This document shows positions 25,806 to 38,800 of a DNA stretch of 64,000 nt, one piece after another. The stretch is from Monocercomonoides exilis PA203 (lineage: Eukaryota; Protista; Preaxostyla), in NCBI GenBank assembly GCA_001643675.2, contig LSRY02000042.1:434001-498000 (forward strand). Reading direction: 5' to 3'. A program made the position numbers and the translations under genes. The notes under the pieces were generated by a model. That model was not told the origin of the DNA. It did not search any database and worked only from the letters and a program-made list of their open reading frames with translations. Within the stretch, counting starts at the first letter, position 1. Each line of letters opens with the position of its first letter.

Positions 25806-26210
25806 AGAATAAATCTTTATTTATTTTTCTTGGAGCTTTAATTCAGCACATAGAGAAACATTTCTTCGTCATTTCTTCATATGATCTCTCCTTTTCATCA
25901 AATGCAAATTCTGTTTGTTGCTTTAAGGAATCATCCGTTTTCCTCTCTTCTATCATATCAGAAAGTTCTTCAAAAACATTTATTTCCTCAGCATTCATAT
26001 TTCAACATGCCATGTATCCGATTCACTTAGCCGCCTTTTAAAAATTCTCTTTAAATAAGCCTTTTCATCTCAATTCCTTTTCTTCCTCATTTCACTTTCC
26101 GCGATTCGATGTCGCTTCGTTGATGCATAATCTACCGAAGGATATTTTCAAACTCGTTCATTCCAAACAAAAATTGCTTCAATGTTCTTTCTGTTTTCCG
26201 CTCATGCTTC
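25461..26210 (+). repeat. Right arm of ~750-bp near-identical inverted repeat (partner 3975-4725)
   Basis: Direct sequence comparison; only scattered mismatches and one short diverged patch (~25730-25765). Confidence 0.95.
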
Positions 26211-28844
26211 ATCTTCAAAATAAAAAAAGTCAGATTCGATTTCCGTTTTCTGTTGTAAGTCTGCTGCTCCGATTTTGTAAGCTCAAAAATCGCATCCATT
26301 TCACTGACGTTTTTATTTTGGTCGATATTCTGTGATAATGCTATTGTTCATTTTGCTCATCCAAATTGTTGTTGAAGGTGAAGCCTGCTGCACAATCTGA
26401 GGGTTGTTGGATGAAACGTAAAAAATATCACAATTTTTGTTGTTTATCGAAGAAGAAGTAGAAGTAGAAGAAGAAGAATACGATAAAAGTGAAATCAAAA
26501 AAAATCGTTAAGACGCATTTTTTTCTCCATCACGAGAATTGTGAATGAAAAGAAGGCTCATCCAATGATTGATTCACCAAGAAGAAAAGTGAATGAAATA
26601 ATTTTCAGTTCAATTTGTCGTGCTGCTGAATTGAATAACATTAATGCATCAGAAGGTCGATGATCTGATCCAATGTCAAGTGAGTGAAAATTGCATTGAA
26701 GGAGTTTAAGAAGAAAACAATAACGATGTTGAAGATGGCACACTTGGTGTGAAAGGACAAATCGCAGAAGTATTTGAAGAAGAAGAAGAAGAAAAAGAAA
26801 AAGAAAAAGAAAAAGAAGAAAAAGAAATAAGAAGGAGAAGAAGAAAGAAGGAGAAGAGAAGGAGAAAAAGAAATAAGAAGGAACTGCAGATATGCGAAAG
26901 AAGGTAATGGAGGAGAAGGAGGAGGAGAAGAATAAGACGGAGCAATTGAGAATTGTGAAACGAATGCAATCCTTTTTATTAAGATGTTGAAAATAGCTTG
27001 TGTAAAGTCGATTGACAAAAATATTACATTCGATGAGTTGAGTTCGGATAAAATAAACATTTTTATCACAAAATTGGTTAAATGGAGAGAAACACAAACA
27101 GATGAACATGGAAGACCACAAATAATTGACTGCCTTTGTGTGGTTGAACTGCTTTTCCCTCAGAAAAAGAAAATTATGTTTGTCCGTTGGAGTTAATAAT
27201 TCAGATGAACTTCATGTATGATGAGGATATTGGCAGAGAAGAATTCGAAATCGAAGAAGGCGTCGACGATTGAAGAAGTTGACGTCAATTGAAAAATTTT
27301 CAAAGACAAAAAAAAGAGAAAGAAGCATTTTATGATAATGTGATTGATACATCGATTCTGGAAATGAGCATCTTTTGTTGAAGTGAGACTGTTGAGTAAG
27401 GAAAGAAAGGTGAAGAAGAAGGTGAAAAAAAAGACGAAAAAAAATAGAATATATCAGCTTTTCCAAGTCATGTTGTACGATAGAAAAAACTGAATGTGCT
27501 CTGAATGCGAATGCCCAGCCAGCTAATCTGCTCCAACAAAAGAGTCGCTTCTGCCGAGCACTCTCAATAAACACTCCAAGCAAACTGCTTTTTCTCTCTT
27601 TCAAGCTCATATCTAGCATTGTCAGGCTATGCGTCATTCAAAGAAGATGGTAGAAGTCATGAATGTCATCGTTGAATGCCATCCAAATAAGAATAATCTC
27701 AAAAATTTCTTAATCTTTCGCGAAATGAAAAGAAGGCGTTTCTTTCTATGGCATTCCTGTTCATGGTCAATCTGCATTCATTCAAAGAACACCATTTAAG
27801 AAAAATGAATGAAATAAAAAAGTCAAACCATCTTTTTGGCCTTGAATTATTTTCCCATCTCCAATGGATTGGAAATAATCTGTTCAACTGGTTTTCTTGT
27901 TCTTAGAATCCATTGTGAAGCTGGTCATGAAGTCATGTGAAAATTTATATTCTCCAAATTATCAAGAAATGAACTCATCTTCAAAGCCCAATTCAGCTTC
28001 ATGTCTTCGCTGATAGCTTTCCAGCAGGATTCGTGCAAAATTCAAATGAGATTGTTGTTGAGGCCTGCTGAGTGCTTCGTTCAACTCGCTTCCTCCATTG
28101 TTCAATCCCTCAATTCCCTTTCCTTTTCCATAAAACAAGTCCTGCGCAAAAGTTGTACCAAGTGAAACAAATATACATCGAAATGAACAAGTGGTTCAAT
28201 TCAATCTTTCTGATATTCCGCCCGCTTTTTCTGCATCTTGCTTGAATTATTACTCATCAAAATATAACAGCAGATATTGCACCATATGTTTAGCAATGCA
28301 CAACCAAGTTCATATTTCATGCGATTTCCCCCACCAATTCACTTTTCGCAAACAATCGATGCAAACGGCCACTCACTCCTCACTCCGCAAGAAAAATTCC
28401 TGTTCTTCTGCCGTTCCATAACTCGCATGGTTGCGTCTGTAATCATGCACATAAGCAGCTCAAACATGCTCTGGCCGCTGTAAATCATCAATCAAAAATC
28501 TTAACCTCAAAATTTATGGTTGGTCACCCTTATTTATTTGCTCAAAAAGAAGACTATTTTGGTTCAAAGATTTAATTGTTTGAAGGCAAAAGACATTGAT
28601 GGACAAAGAGGTTTTGAATCCTGTGTTATTAAAAAAAATTTTGATTTTGCGTTTTTAATTCTTTTAATCCGAATATTCAACGAATATTTCGAAAACAAAT
28701 TTATATGTTGTTTTGAAAACATTTTGCGATTTCACAGTCACCTTCAAAAAAAGCAAATATTTTTTGGTTTGCAAAATGTTATAAGAAATAGTGGCTTATT
28801 AAATAAGTGCTTCTTTTTTCTCTTTTGATTTTTAACTTTTTTAG

Positions 28845-30171
28845 AGATACTTTCACAGATGGAACAATTCACTGAAGCGGAACAGAAACAGAAAATAGAA
28901 GAAATGAATGAAATAGTTGATGGAATGAATGAAGAAGAATTCGAATCAATTTTCAACGAAGAAACATTCAATGAAATAGAAAAAATGTTTGAAGAAAGGA
29001 AAAATGGAAATTGAAAATGCTTTTCATTTACTGAAGCAAGTAGGATATTGCAGAATATTGAATAAGTTATGGAGCGATGGCTTTGATTCGTCTTCGCTGA
29101 ACAAAAGATTTTGAAGATGACTTTTGAAGAAGAGAAGAAAGAAGAAAAGAATGAAAAGCTTCTTGTTGGTCTTTGTGAATGCTATCTTTTGTTTTACAGC
29201 AGAGTTCCATCTTCGGAATTTCTTTCAATTTGCGTGCCTTGTCTCCTAAAAGCTGCATTGAAGAAGGAGGAAAGCGAGAAGGCTCAGAAGGAAGTGGAAA
29301 TAGCATTGTTGGCTTTTAGTAATATAAACGAATTTGTTGTTTGAACATTTCAATTTCTGTTTTTGATATAAAAATATTTTTTGTTTTGTTTTGTTTTTAT
29401 TAGCTATTGGATAAAGAACTGTATCTAAATGAGGTAACAGAAATCACCAAATATCATCAAGAGCATCACAACCTTACTCATCTTGCCTATCAGTCTGCTT
29501 GGGGTTTTTTGATTAACAGATTGGACACTGACGAAAGCTTAGATGGAGAGATCTTGAATGAACTGCATTTTGGAAGAGAGTCAGCAAGAGAATTGGAAGA
29601 GCTGACAAAGTGCGTGAATTGGAAGAAAGAGAAAGAAGAGGATAAAAAAGGAAAAGATACGAAAGAAGAGCTTATTAAATTGAGATGGATTGAAACACTT
29701 GAGATTTATTTCCTCGATTTCACAATGTGGAAAGAAGGATATATTGGACTTATCAACAGCCTTGTTCAGTTATTTCGAGCAGCAAAGGATAATCACAGGG
29801 AAATTGGTAATGGATGCCTCGATGCACTTAGACATGCATTAGAAAACAGAGATGTGACGATTGATGACTTGTTTGAGAGTGGAGTTGTTGGTTTTTTTTT
29901 GGTGGAAATGAAACAATCGACTTTGGATGATGATATGATGTGGAATTGTTTGGATTTCTTTTTGAACGTTTCAGAAAGATTGAAAGAAAAGACGGATGGA
30001 AAAACGGACGAAACTGAACGAAAAGAGTTGAAAAGGAAGATATTTGAAAGGAAGGAAGAAGAAGGATTTGAAGATGTCATTGCAAGCTTTTATGGATTCA
30101 TTTCTTTTGTTGACGAAAGTTTCCATTATGATTTACCGTCGAATATTTTAGATTATTTTGTGAATGTTTGA
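28845..30171 (+). pseudogene. Lineage-specific alpha-helical multigene family, paralog 3 (frameshifted: pseudogene or assembly error)
   Basis: EQKQKIEEMNE, LCECY, QKEVEIALLA and YHQEHHNLTHLAYQSAW motifs. Intron 29339-29403 (GTTTGA...TTAG) is at the homologous site. There is a +1 in an A-run (~29000), a -1 in a T-run (~29110) and no clean start codon. Confidence 0.7.
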
Positions 30172-30285
30172 GGAAATGAGAAGCATTGATATTTATTTCT
30201 CAAATTTTTTTCATTATCATTCTTTTCACAAAATGCAAAATAAATGAATGAATGAATAAAACAAAACAAAATAAAATAAAATAAA

Positions 30286-31428
30286 ACGAAACGAATCATT
30301 CTTTTTTTTAGAAGCAATTCACTATTAATAAAACATTCAAACACAGAAATTATAGGGTGATTTATAAACCCGAATATTTTCATAAACCTAGCTATTTTTT
30401 TTTTGTTCGTTAAAACAGAATAAATAGATTATAAAAATTTAAAAGGTAAGCATTCATTTATATATTTAACTATTATATGATAGCACTAAAATTTTTTTGT
30501 TTCAAATTTTGGTTTTGATGAAGATCAAAGGAATTTTTAATTTATTTTTGATCAATTGTTTTGCTCATTTTGAATCAACTCTCGTTTTTTGTTTGTTTTT
30601 AATTGCAAGGTCATAAAACATACATAACGAAGTTATTTTATTACAAATATTTTATGTATTTATCAATTTTTTCGAATGTTTTTCACATTTAATCGTTTTC
30701 ATCAACAAATATGAAAAAATGAAAATTATAAGTTGTACAATATTTTTAGCATATTAAAAATGATGTGCATGAAAAGAAAAAGGACTGCATAAAGTATTTA
30801 CCGTGTTAATATTTTGTGAAATGTTGTTGCATTCATTACACACATCAAATATTGAAAATGATAAATATGCTTATTTCATATTAAACAAAACTTAAAATGA
30901 CTAATTATTAAGCATACCAATGCATTATTATCTTATTTATACGTTATTGTAACATATAAATTTTTATATCAAATAAATGCATAGATATTTTCATATTTTC
31001 ATATTTTTTGTCAAAAATGATTAAATGTGAAAAACATTGGAAAAAATTGATAAATACATAAAATATTTGTAATAATATAACTTCGTTATGTATGTTTTAT
31101 GACCTTGCAATTAAAAACAAACAAAAAACGAGAGTTGATTCAAAATGAGCAAAACAATTGATCAAAAATAAATTAAAAATTCCTTTGATCTTCATAAAAA
31201 TCTTAAATTGAAACAAAAAAAGTTTTGTACTACCATAAAAATTGAAAGATTTACATATAAAAGTTTGTTTTTGATATTTTAATGTTGTATTTATTCTGTT
31301 TTAACGAACAAAAAAAAAATAGCTAGGTTTATGAAAATATTCGGGTTTATAAATCACCCTATAATTTCTGTGTTTGAATGTTTTATTAATAGTGAATTGC
31401 TTCTAAAAAAAAGAATGATTCGTTTCGT
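30286..31428. mobile_element. Young foldback/MITE-like element: ~440-bp inverted arms (30286-~30727 and ~30988-31428) around a ~260-bp spacer
   Basis: The outer ~140 bp and an inner ~180-bp block are essentially perfect reverse complements. The ORF track shows mirror peptides MKIFGFINHPIISVFEC at 30153-30383(-) and 31331-31531(+). No coding capacity. Confidence 0.85.
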
Positions 31429-32890
31429 AATTAATATTTCAATTTCGAAAATAAATAATTCAAATTCGGAATTAATAATTCATTTAAGAAAAAGAATAAT
31501 TCGATTTCGAAACGACAATTTTTTGATTTGAAAAATTATTAACTTACGTTTTGCTGTCAAAATACTTCTGATTTTTATCTCGTGAGCATTCTTTGTTTTT
31601 AAATATTTTAAAAATAATGCATTTCCTTATGAGAGATTTCATTTATTTTGATAAAAATTATTTTTGTTTGAAGTTAATTTGTAAAGAAAATGAATTCATT
31701 TCTACATATTAAAAAAAAAAAAGGTTTTTCTTATTTTTCACTAAAGAGACTTTTAAAAATAATTAGCAAATAAATTACTAGTCTTTAGAAATTCAATAAA
31801 TGTGTTTGAAAATCCGCAATTTCCTTCAGGTTATTCGAAAAAATGAATAAAATGACAATTAATTTATCATTCGAGTGATGATTTTTGATATCGGAATATT
31901 TCTTTCAAAATTTTTATATTCAAAAAAAATTTCCTTGAATATAAGAAAATGAACACTGAAAAATGAAAAAGTTCGTTGAAGGCATCTTCATCTTTATTTG
32001 AGTGAAAACATTTGTTTTAAAAACAGTTGTGATGCGTTTAACATGAAAATGCAAAATGCCTTTCCAAAAACCATCAATCTTTTAAAAACCAACACACCGA
32101 AAAAAGTTATGATATCAAAAATAATCTCCCATTTTCCCAAATCCATCCAAAAAAAATATTAATTTTCAGTTTAAAATGAATTTCGAAAATGAATTATTAA
32201 TTTTCGAAAACAAATTATTCTTTTTCGAAATCGAATTAAAAAATTACGAATTTGAATTATTATTTCGGAATTCGAATTATTTTTCGTGTCTCAAAAAAAA
32301 AAAAAATAAAAATTAAAAAAAAAAGAAAAATAAAAAATAAAAAAAAAAAAAAAAAAAAAAATAAAAATAAAAAATAAAAAAAATAAAAAATAAAAACCTG
32401 GGAACAAATGAAAATATGACCCTATATAGAATTGCATTACACTTTTCAGCAGCATCATTATATTAACATTTTGAACAGATCGTTTTTTTTTAACAAAGAA
32501 AAATAAAAAATTTGAAGATTCTTTTATGTTTCTCTTTTCGTCTATTGGTAATAAAGCTAATGAAACTGACTGGCTTTTGAATTGAAAATTTTGTTTCTAT
32601 AGAATGAGACAAATATATTCGATTAAGAATATAACTGAAAACAAATTATTTCAACAGTTATCAATAAAATTTTTAAATCATTTTTTGTAATTATTCTTTT
32701 AAAATAAAAAAGGAAGTATATTGAAATTCTGAAAAAAACTTTTTTTCAGAAAACATTGAGTTATCAACAAAAAACTTTTTCATTATTCCAATTACATTAA
32801 CTTTACAATTATTGACATAAGGACACAATAAAATACTTCAAAATCTTTCATTTTTCAAAACATAAAAGTTTTTTGGAATATTTAAATAAC

Positions 32891-35800
32891 TTAGTCTGCA
32901 AAAAACTTAAATTGGACAAAAATTGGATCTTCAGCAAATGACAGTGATCGAGTATTCGATAAATAATTTTTTTCCCTTTCGCCAAATGGAACGTCAGCCC
33001 TTCTCAAGCATATTTGCTTGCCTTCCCACTTCAGAAGCGCTTCCACGATCACTGCTGTCTTTAAAACCAGAGGATTTGCAGGTGGAACCACAAATGACTT
33101 AACTGGACTTTCCGTTCTCAGAAATACATGTAAAAAGTTCATTTCGCACTTCCACACCTTTACGCAATGATCTCCCTCTGAATACGATGCAAGAAACTTC
33201 CCATTATCCGAAAACGCTACTGCAGCTATTGCTCCTTTATGAGCCACAATGGTTTTTTCCTTTTCCAACTGTTGAGCTGACGAGATCTCAATACACCCAT
33301 CAAGTCTCCCAATCGCAAAGCGGTGAGTCGCATTGTTAAATGCTGCCATAGGATATTTCTCAAGAATGCGTGAAACAAATACACTCGCTGTTTCGTTCAC
33401 AGCCTGTCGAACAAACCTGAACTGTGGATCGAGAAGTTTGCAGACGATTGAAAACAAAAGTGGAATATGCCCAACTACATCCCAAGATGAAGGAGTTTCC
33501 TGAAACCAAGTCATCAAAACATTCAGAACCTGCTTGGCCTTTGGAAGTTGCGTTTCGACTACTTCTCCTTTGTAACTTTCCAGAATGTCACTAAGGCAAC
33601 TAAGCATTAGTTGAGGATCAGGACGCCCCAGTTCAAAAAATGCTCTAAGTGCAGCCTGCGCCAGAGGAGTTGCTTCAAAAGAAATGTCAGTCATCGGTCC
33701 TGTATCTGCAAAATCTTCCAGTGATGAATCAGAGCTCATATCAGCCATTTCAGGCTCAAAGACTTCATCAATTTCCGAAAATTCACTGTCCATTGGTACA
33801 CAGCCGTTCCCACTTGAACATTTCTCATTTATCAAATCACTTCCATCTTCTCCAGGAGTACTGACATAACATCCAGATTCTTCTTCTATTTCTTTCAAAG
33901 GTACAGGGACAAAAAGTGCATTTGAAGAAGTTCCATTTGTCTTTGTTTGCTTTGTATGAGTTTTACACCTCTCTTCAGTTCCCAAATATGATTCTTGAAA
34001 CTTAGACTGTCTTTCCAGTGAGTGTGTAAACAGAGTTGTGAGGAGAATCTTAAACTGTGAGCGTGAAATAAATGTCCTGAAAAAAGAACACCCATCAACA
34101 AGCAAATCAATAGCAATAATAGCTTTAGTCGAATCTCCATGCTTGATCAGCAAGATAATCATATTTAGCAATGGTCTCACAAGCCTCCCTTCCATCACAT
34201 CTGGATCCACCACACCAATTCGAGTGAGAATCTGAGCAATTAGAAGATCATCATCATTCACAGCAGCTGCAGCCTCTTCAGGGGATAATGAATCAGACAT
34301 CTGGGCTTGGACGTTGCTGTATTGGTCAAAAAATTGTTTATTCAATGTTGAAATTGTTAAAGAGGAATGTCTGAACTTTGAGGATATTAAATCTGAATCA
34401 GATGAAGAAAAATTATTGGGAAAATCCTTCAAAACTGGTTTACTTCTGACTTTACCTTTTTTCTTTCCCTTTCCTTTTTCATCAACAATCAAAGCAGGCA
34501 CATCTGGAAGCAAAGAAGAACAAACAAAAGCTGCAAAAGCTTTCTCTTCTCTTGAACCACGAGATATTATCGAAGCAAGAAGCGCCCTGTGCGCATGATA
34601 CACGCAATCGGATACGTAGTTGGAGGAAGCCAGAAGCGATGTATGTGGCAAAGATGGAGGAACATACTGCCTTATACTCGTTGCTGGAACCATTTTGTAC
34701 AAAATTTGGATCTGCCTAACACAAAACCGCTTCCACTCTCTTTCGTATTCCTCACTTATAAACCCTGTTGCATTCATTAAAGATGTTATCATTGCTATGC
34801 CTGCGATAGTGATAGTTGTGCTGAGAGCAGGAGTGTGCGAAAGAGCATTCACTCCATACGAAGCAGCAGGAAGCGTTATGCTGATTCCTTGTGTTGTTGC
34901 ATTTCCTATTAAGTAACCTATCCCCAGGCAAGGCGAACCAGGCAAAGAGAAATGCTTGATGATATCAGAATCAACACGATTGCTGAAACCAAATGGAAGG
35001 AAAAAAGGAACAAGAGATAGAAGAAGTCTTGAAAGTGCCTCACTTGGATCGAGATAGAGGGGAAGAAGTCCAGATATGCAGGGTGGAACAGAAGAAGGAG
35101 AAAGATGAGATTCCAAATAAGAAGGTGAAGGTGAAGGAGAAGTTGAAGAAGAGAAATGTGAGGCAGAATGGATGTGAGATTTGTCAACTGGAAAGTTTGG
35201 AGAAAAAGATGATAAATTTGAAGCAGAGGAAGAAACGTGAGGCATTCTGTTAGTGCTTCCTTGCTTTAACTTACGTGCAATTTTTGTGGTGCATTCACAT
35301 GAAAGCTCGAAACCTTCTTTTTCATTTTCTGGAATTCTGTTCAACTTCAAACTCTTTGTTCCTCTTTGTTTAATATTTTCAGGTTTTTTATTCCATGCGT
35401 TGTTGAACGTGTCCAACGAAACAGAAAAAGCGGATGATTGGAAAAACGGCTCATTTTCGAGTTTGTTTGGAGGGAGGCACAAAGAAGAAGATTCAGATGA
35501 AGAAAGAGAGTGAGTAGATTGAACTGATTTAACTGATTGCACTTCAGAATCTCCCCTTTTCGGTTGTTCGTGTGTTTTTGACTTTGAATGTGATTTTGAA
35601 AGTGATCGGAGAAATGACGGAGATGGACTTGATTGAAGAGAGGGAGGGGTTAAAGAAGAAGATGATGATGAATTCCTTGAGCTTCTCATGTGCACTTTCG
35701 ACGTTTGTCTCGCTGTGCGTCCGCTTCTTGGTTCATTTCGCATCGCGTTTCTCTTCATATGTTTATTTTTCTTAGTCAATTCTTCTTTTATTATTAAATT

Positions 35801-38800
35801 TTTGTTTCGCATTTCTCCTGAAACAATATCAGAAGAGGAATATTCTCTCTGTTCAGAAAGAGAGCTGCATGACACTGGAACCCCGTTCAGTGCAAAAGTA
35901 TTTGTAGTTGGAGCAAGGTTGAACGACAGATTGGATGAGATGCTGCTTCGCGAATTTCCAAACGAAATATCATCATCCTCTGTATCCTCACTATTTCCTT
36001 GCGTATCATATTCTCCTTCTGTAGAAAATTGATTTCCTTCCATTATTCTCTTTCTCTCTATTTCTCTTTCTCTTTCTCTTTTCAAATCCTCAATTTTAGC
36101 CATCTTATAGCAATTTCTCGTTTCTTCCATCCGAATCTTGTGTATTTCTAGTGTTGAATAGCTGCTCAAAATAGAGCAAACTCCAACAATATCCAAAACA
36201 AGAAATGGCAAAACGATGACTTCTGAAAGATCGGAAGAAGGAAGTGAAATGTGGAGAATGCGAAGAGGTGGAACAGAAGGCAAAGTTAGCGTGCAATTTT
36301 TTGAAGGTGAAGAAGAAGAAGAAGATGATGATGATGGTGGTGGTGATGATGATGAAGGTGAATGTAAATATGAAGGCAGATGATCAGAATTGAGTGTTGG
36401 ATAAGAAGATGTTTGTTCAGAAATAATCTGTTTTGATTGACAATTTGGGATTTTCTGTGGCCGAAAAGCATTTAGGCCTGGAGACAAAGAACAAGAAGAA
36501 GGAGATGAAACATTTTCTTTCTGAAATATGGACAATTTCTTCCATCGTGCTGCATTTGGTAGTGGAGAGGGGAGCAGATTTGAAAGTGTCCAAGTGATGT
36601 TCTCAACGCTTCCTCCATCATGTGTAGAAAGCTCGTGAGAAGAATACGAAAACACAGAACTCACAAATGGCTTGAATGTCCTGTCTCTTTTTGGTGCTTT
36701 GAATACAAATGTGGTCAAACGAGACAAATCTGAAAAGAAAGAGGAGGCTGCGGAGGTGGAGGAAGAAGGAAAGTTATCATCTTTTAAACTTGCAGCTTTG
36801 AGCAAATTGTTGAGACTTCGAGATTTGCTTCGTGCTTCACAAGAGTTGAATATTCTGTGTTGATGAGTTTTCGATGAAAATGTGTTGTTTTTGTGAAGTG
36901 TGAACGAATTCTGACTTTTGAATTGTTCATTTTCGATCAAATCTTCATTTCTGAAATTATTGCAACATTTGAAATTTTCGTTCTTTGAGCAGACTTTTTC
37001 CATCTCCCTTTGCATCTTGTCATTTCCTTCTTCATCATCACCCTTTTGTTCTTCCCCTTTGTTTCCCTTTCTTCTTTCCTCTTCTTTCCTCATTCTTCTG
37101 ATCAATTCAATCAGATTTCCTGCTTTCTCTTCATTATCAACTCCGTTTCCTTTTTCTCCTTTTTCCTCTGCTTGTACAAGAAACCTCGAATCCCCCTTCA
37201 ATATATCCAAAATGCCACTCAACAAATCAAACTTTCTCTGAAAAAGGCGCGAAAAGAAAGGATTGTTCAACTCAAAGCCACGAGAAAACAGAAAAGACAA
37301 GAAAAGAGGGCTGACTTTGAGTGAGTCAGCTACAGGAGGAGAAGAAGATGTGCTTGGAAGGAATAAAGATGGAAAGAAAAGAGAAGGAGAAGGAGGAGAC
37401 GGAGGACAAGAAGGAGGGATATGATGAGAAAATGAATCAGAAGAAGACTTCTGCGAGTTGTTCGTTTCAGAATTTTGAGGAAGAGGTGAATTCGGAGCAG
37501 AAACAGCGAAATATGGAAGAAAAGATGAAGATGAATAGAGGGAATTATCCTGTTTATTATGGGAAGATAAAGGAATTGAAGTGTTAAATTGTTGACCAGC
37601 ATTTTGTGATTCAAGTTCTGTTTCAACATGTCCAAATAGCTCTGAAAATAGCTCTGGTGCAAATAATTCAACAGGGTTTGTGCTCACAAAGTTGTTGTCA
37701 AAAGAAAAAGATGGATCATTTGCTTGGCAGAAACTTGTGCTGTAGCACGTAACAGAATTTGAATTTGAAGCGCTTGATGAATTTGTTTCTGTCTTATCAT
37801 TGCAATTTTCAGAGAAATCAAGTGAACTTTGAGTGCTTGGGCAGACTGTGCGTATCAATGCACCAGTTGTGAGTGAATAGAAATGAATAACAGAATGGTA
37901 ATTGTGAGAGCGAATGCTTTGTCCATTAACATTATTTTTTTTAATATTATGGCATTTATTGAAGTTATCATTGCTATTGTTATTAGATAAAGATGCTGTT
38001 GAAGAGAACGAAGTGGAACACAAAGAAGATGAAGGTCTAATTGTTTGCTCAATTGTTGAAAATCCTGAATGCAATGGAGATATGTTATTGTTTTCAGTTG
38101 GCTCTGTCAATGAATTCTTTTCTTCGTCATAATGGGTGAGGATATTTGCGGAAGGACAGCAGTCAAAAGGAGACGAATGAGGAATAAGTGGAGGGAGAAG
38201 AAATGGTGAAAGAGAGAAAAAGCGCATAGATTTAACTTCTTCAGTGCTCAGCATGGGCTGTTTGTTGACTGAATTGGCAGAATTGATGGGAGAGTTATGA
38301 GAATGAGAAAGAGGAGAAGAAGAACTAAAGGAAAAAGATGTAGATGATGATGAAGCGCCTGTTCCAGAATGGACGTGAAATAGCTTTGATTGCAGATTTC
38401 CAAAAAGAGGAGAACCTCTGAGAACAGAAGTGATGTTGGAGAACGATCTCAAAGAAATCTGATTAAGATTTGAAGGGAAAACAAGTTTTGAGTCTTTATA
38501 TGAGAAAGAGGACGAAGATGAAGACGTAGATGAAGAAAGTGATAAAGAAAGAGACGAAGATATATTTTGTGATTTGATTGAAGAAATAACTTCAAAAGAT
38601 GGAAGACGATAGGTTGTTGACAACGCCGATTTATTCACCTCTGATTCAAATGTTGAATTTTCTTCATTTTTGATGTTTTTTGAGGTTTTCTTGTTTTTTT
38701 CTTTGTGAACACTTATCTCTTCTTTCTCCTTTTGAATATCTATTTTTCTATAGAATCTATTATATTTCGACTGTTCTCTATGATTATTCCTATCAAAATT

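Noticed and set aside
3975-26210. Maverick/Polinton or other giant transposon defined by 750-bp TIRs
   Set aside because: Size and arm length fit, but no protein-primed polymerase, DDE integrase, packaging ATPase or capsid motifs were seen inside. The arms include host-family gene sequence and their outer ends fade rather than stop sharply at a TSD.
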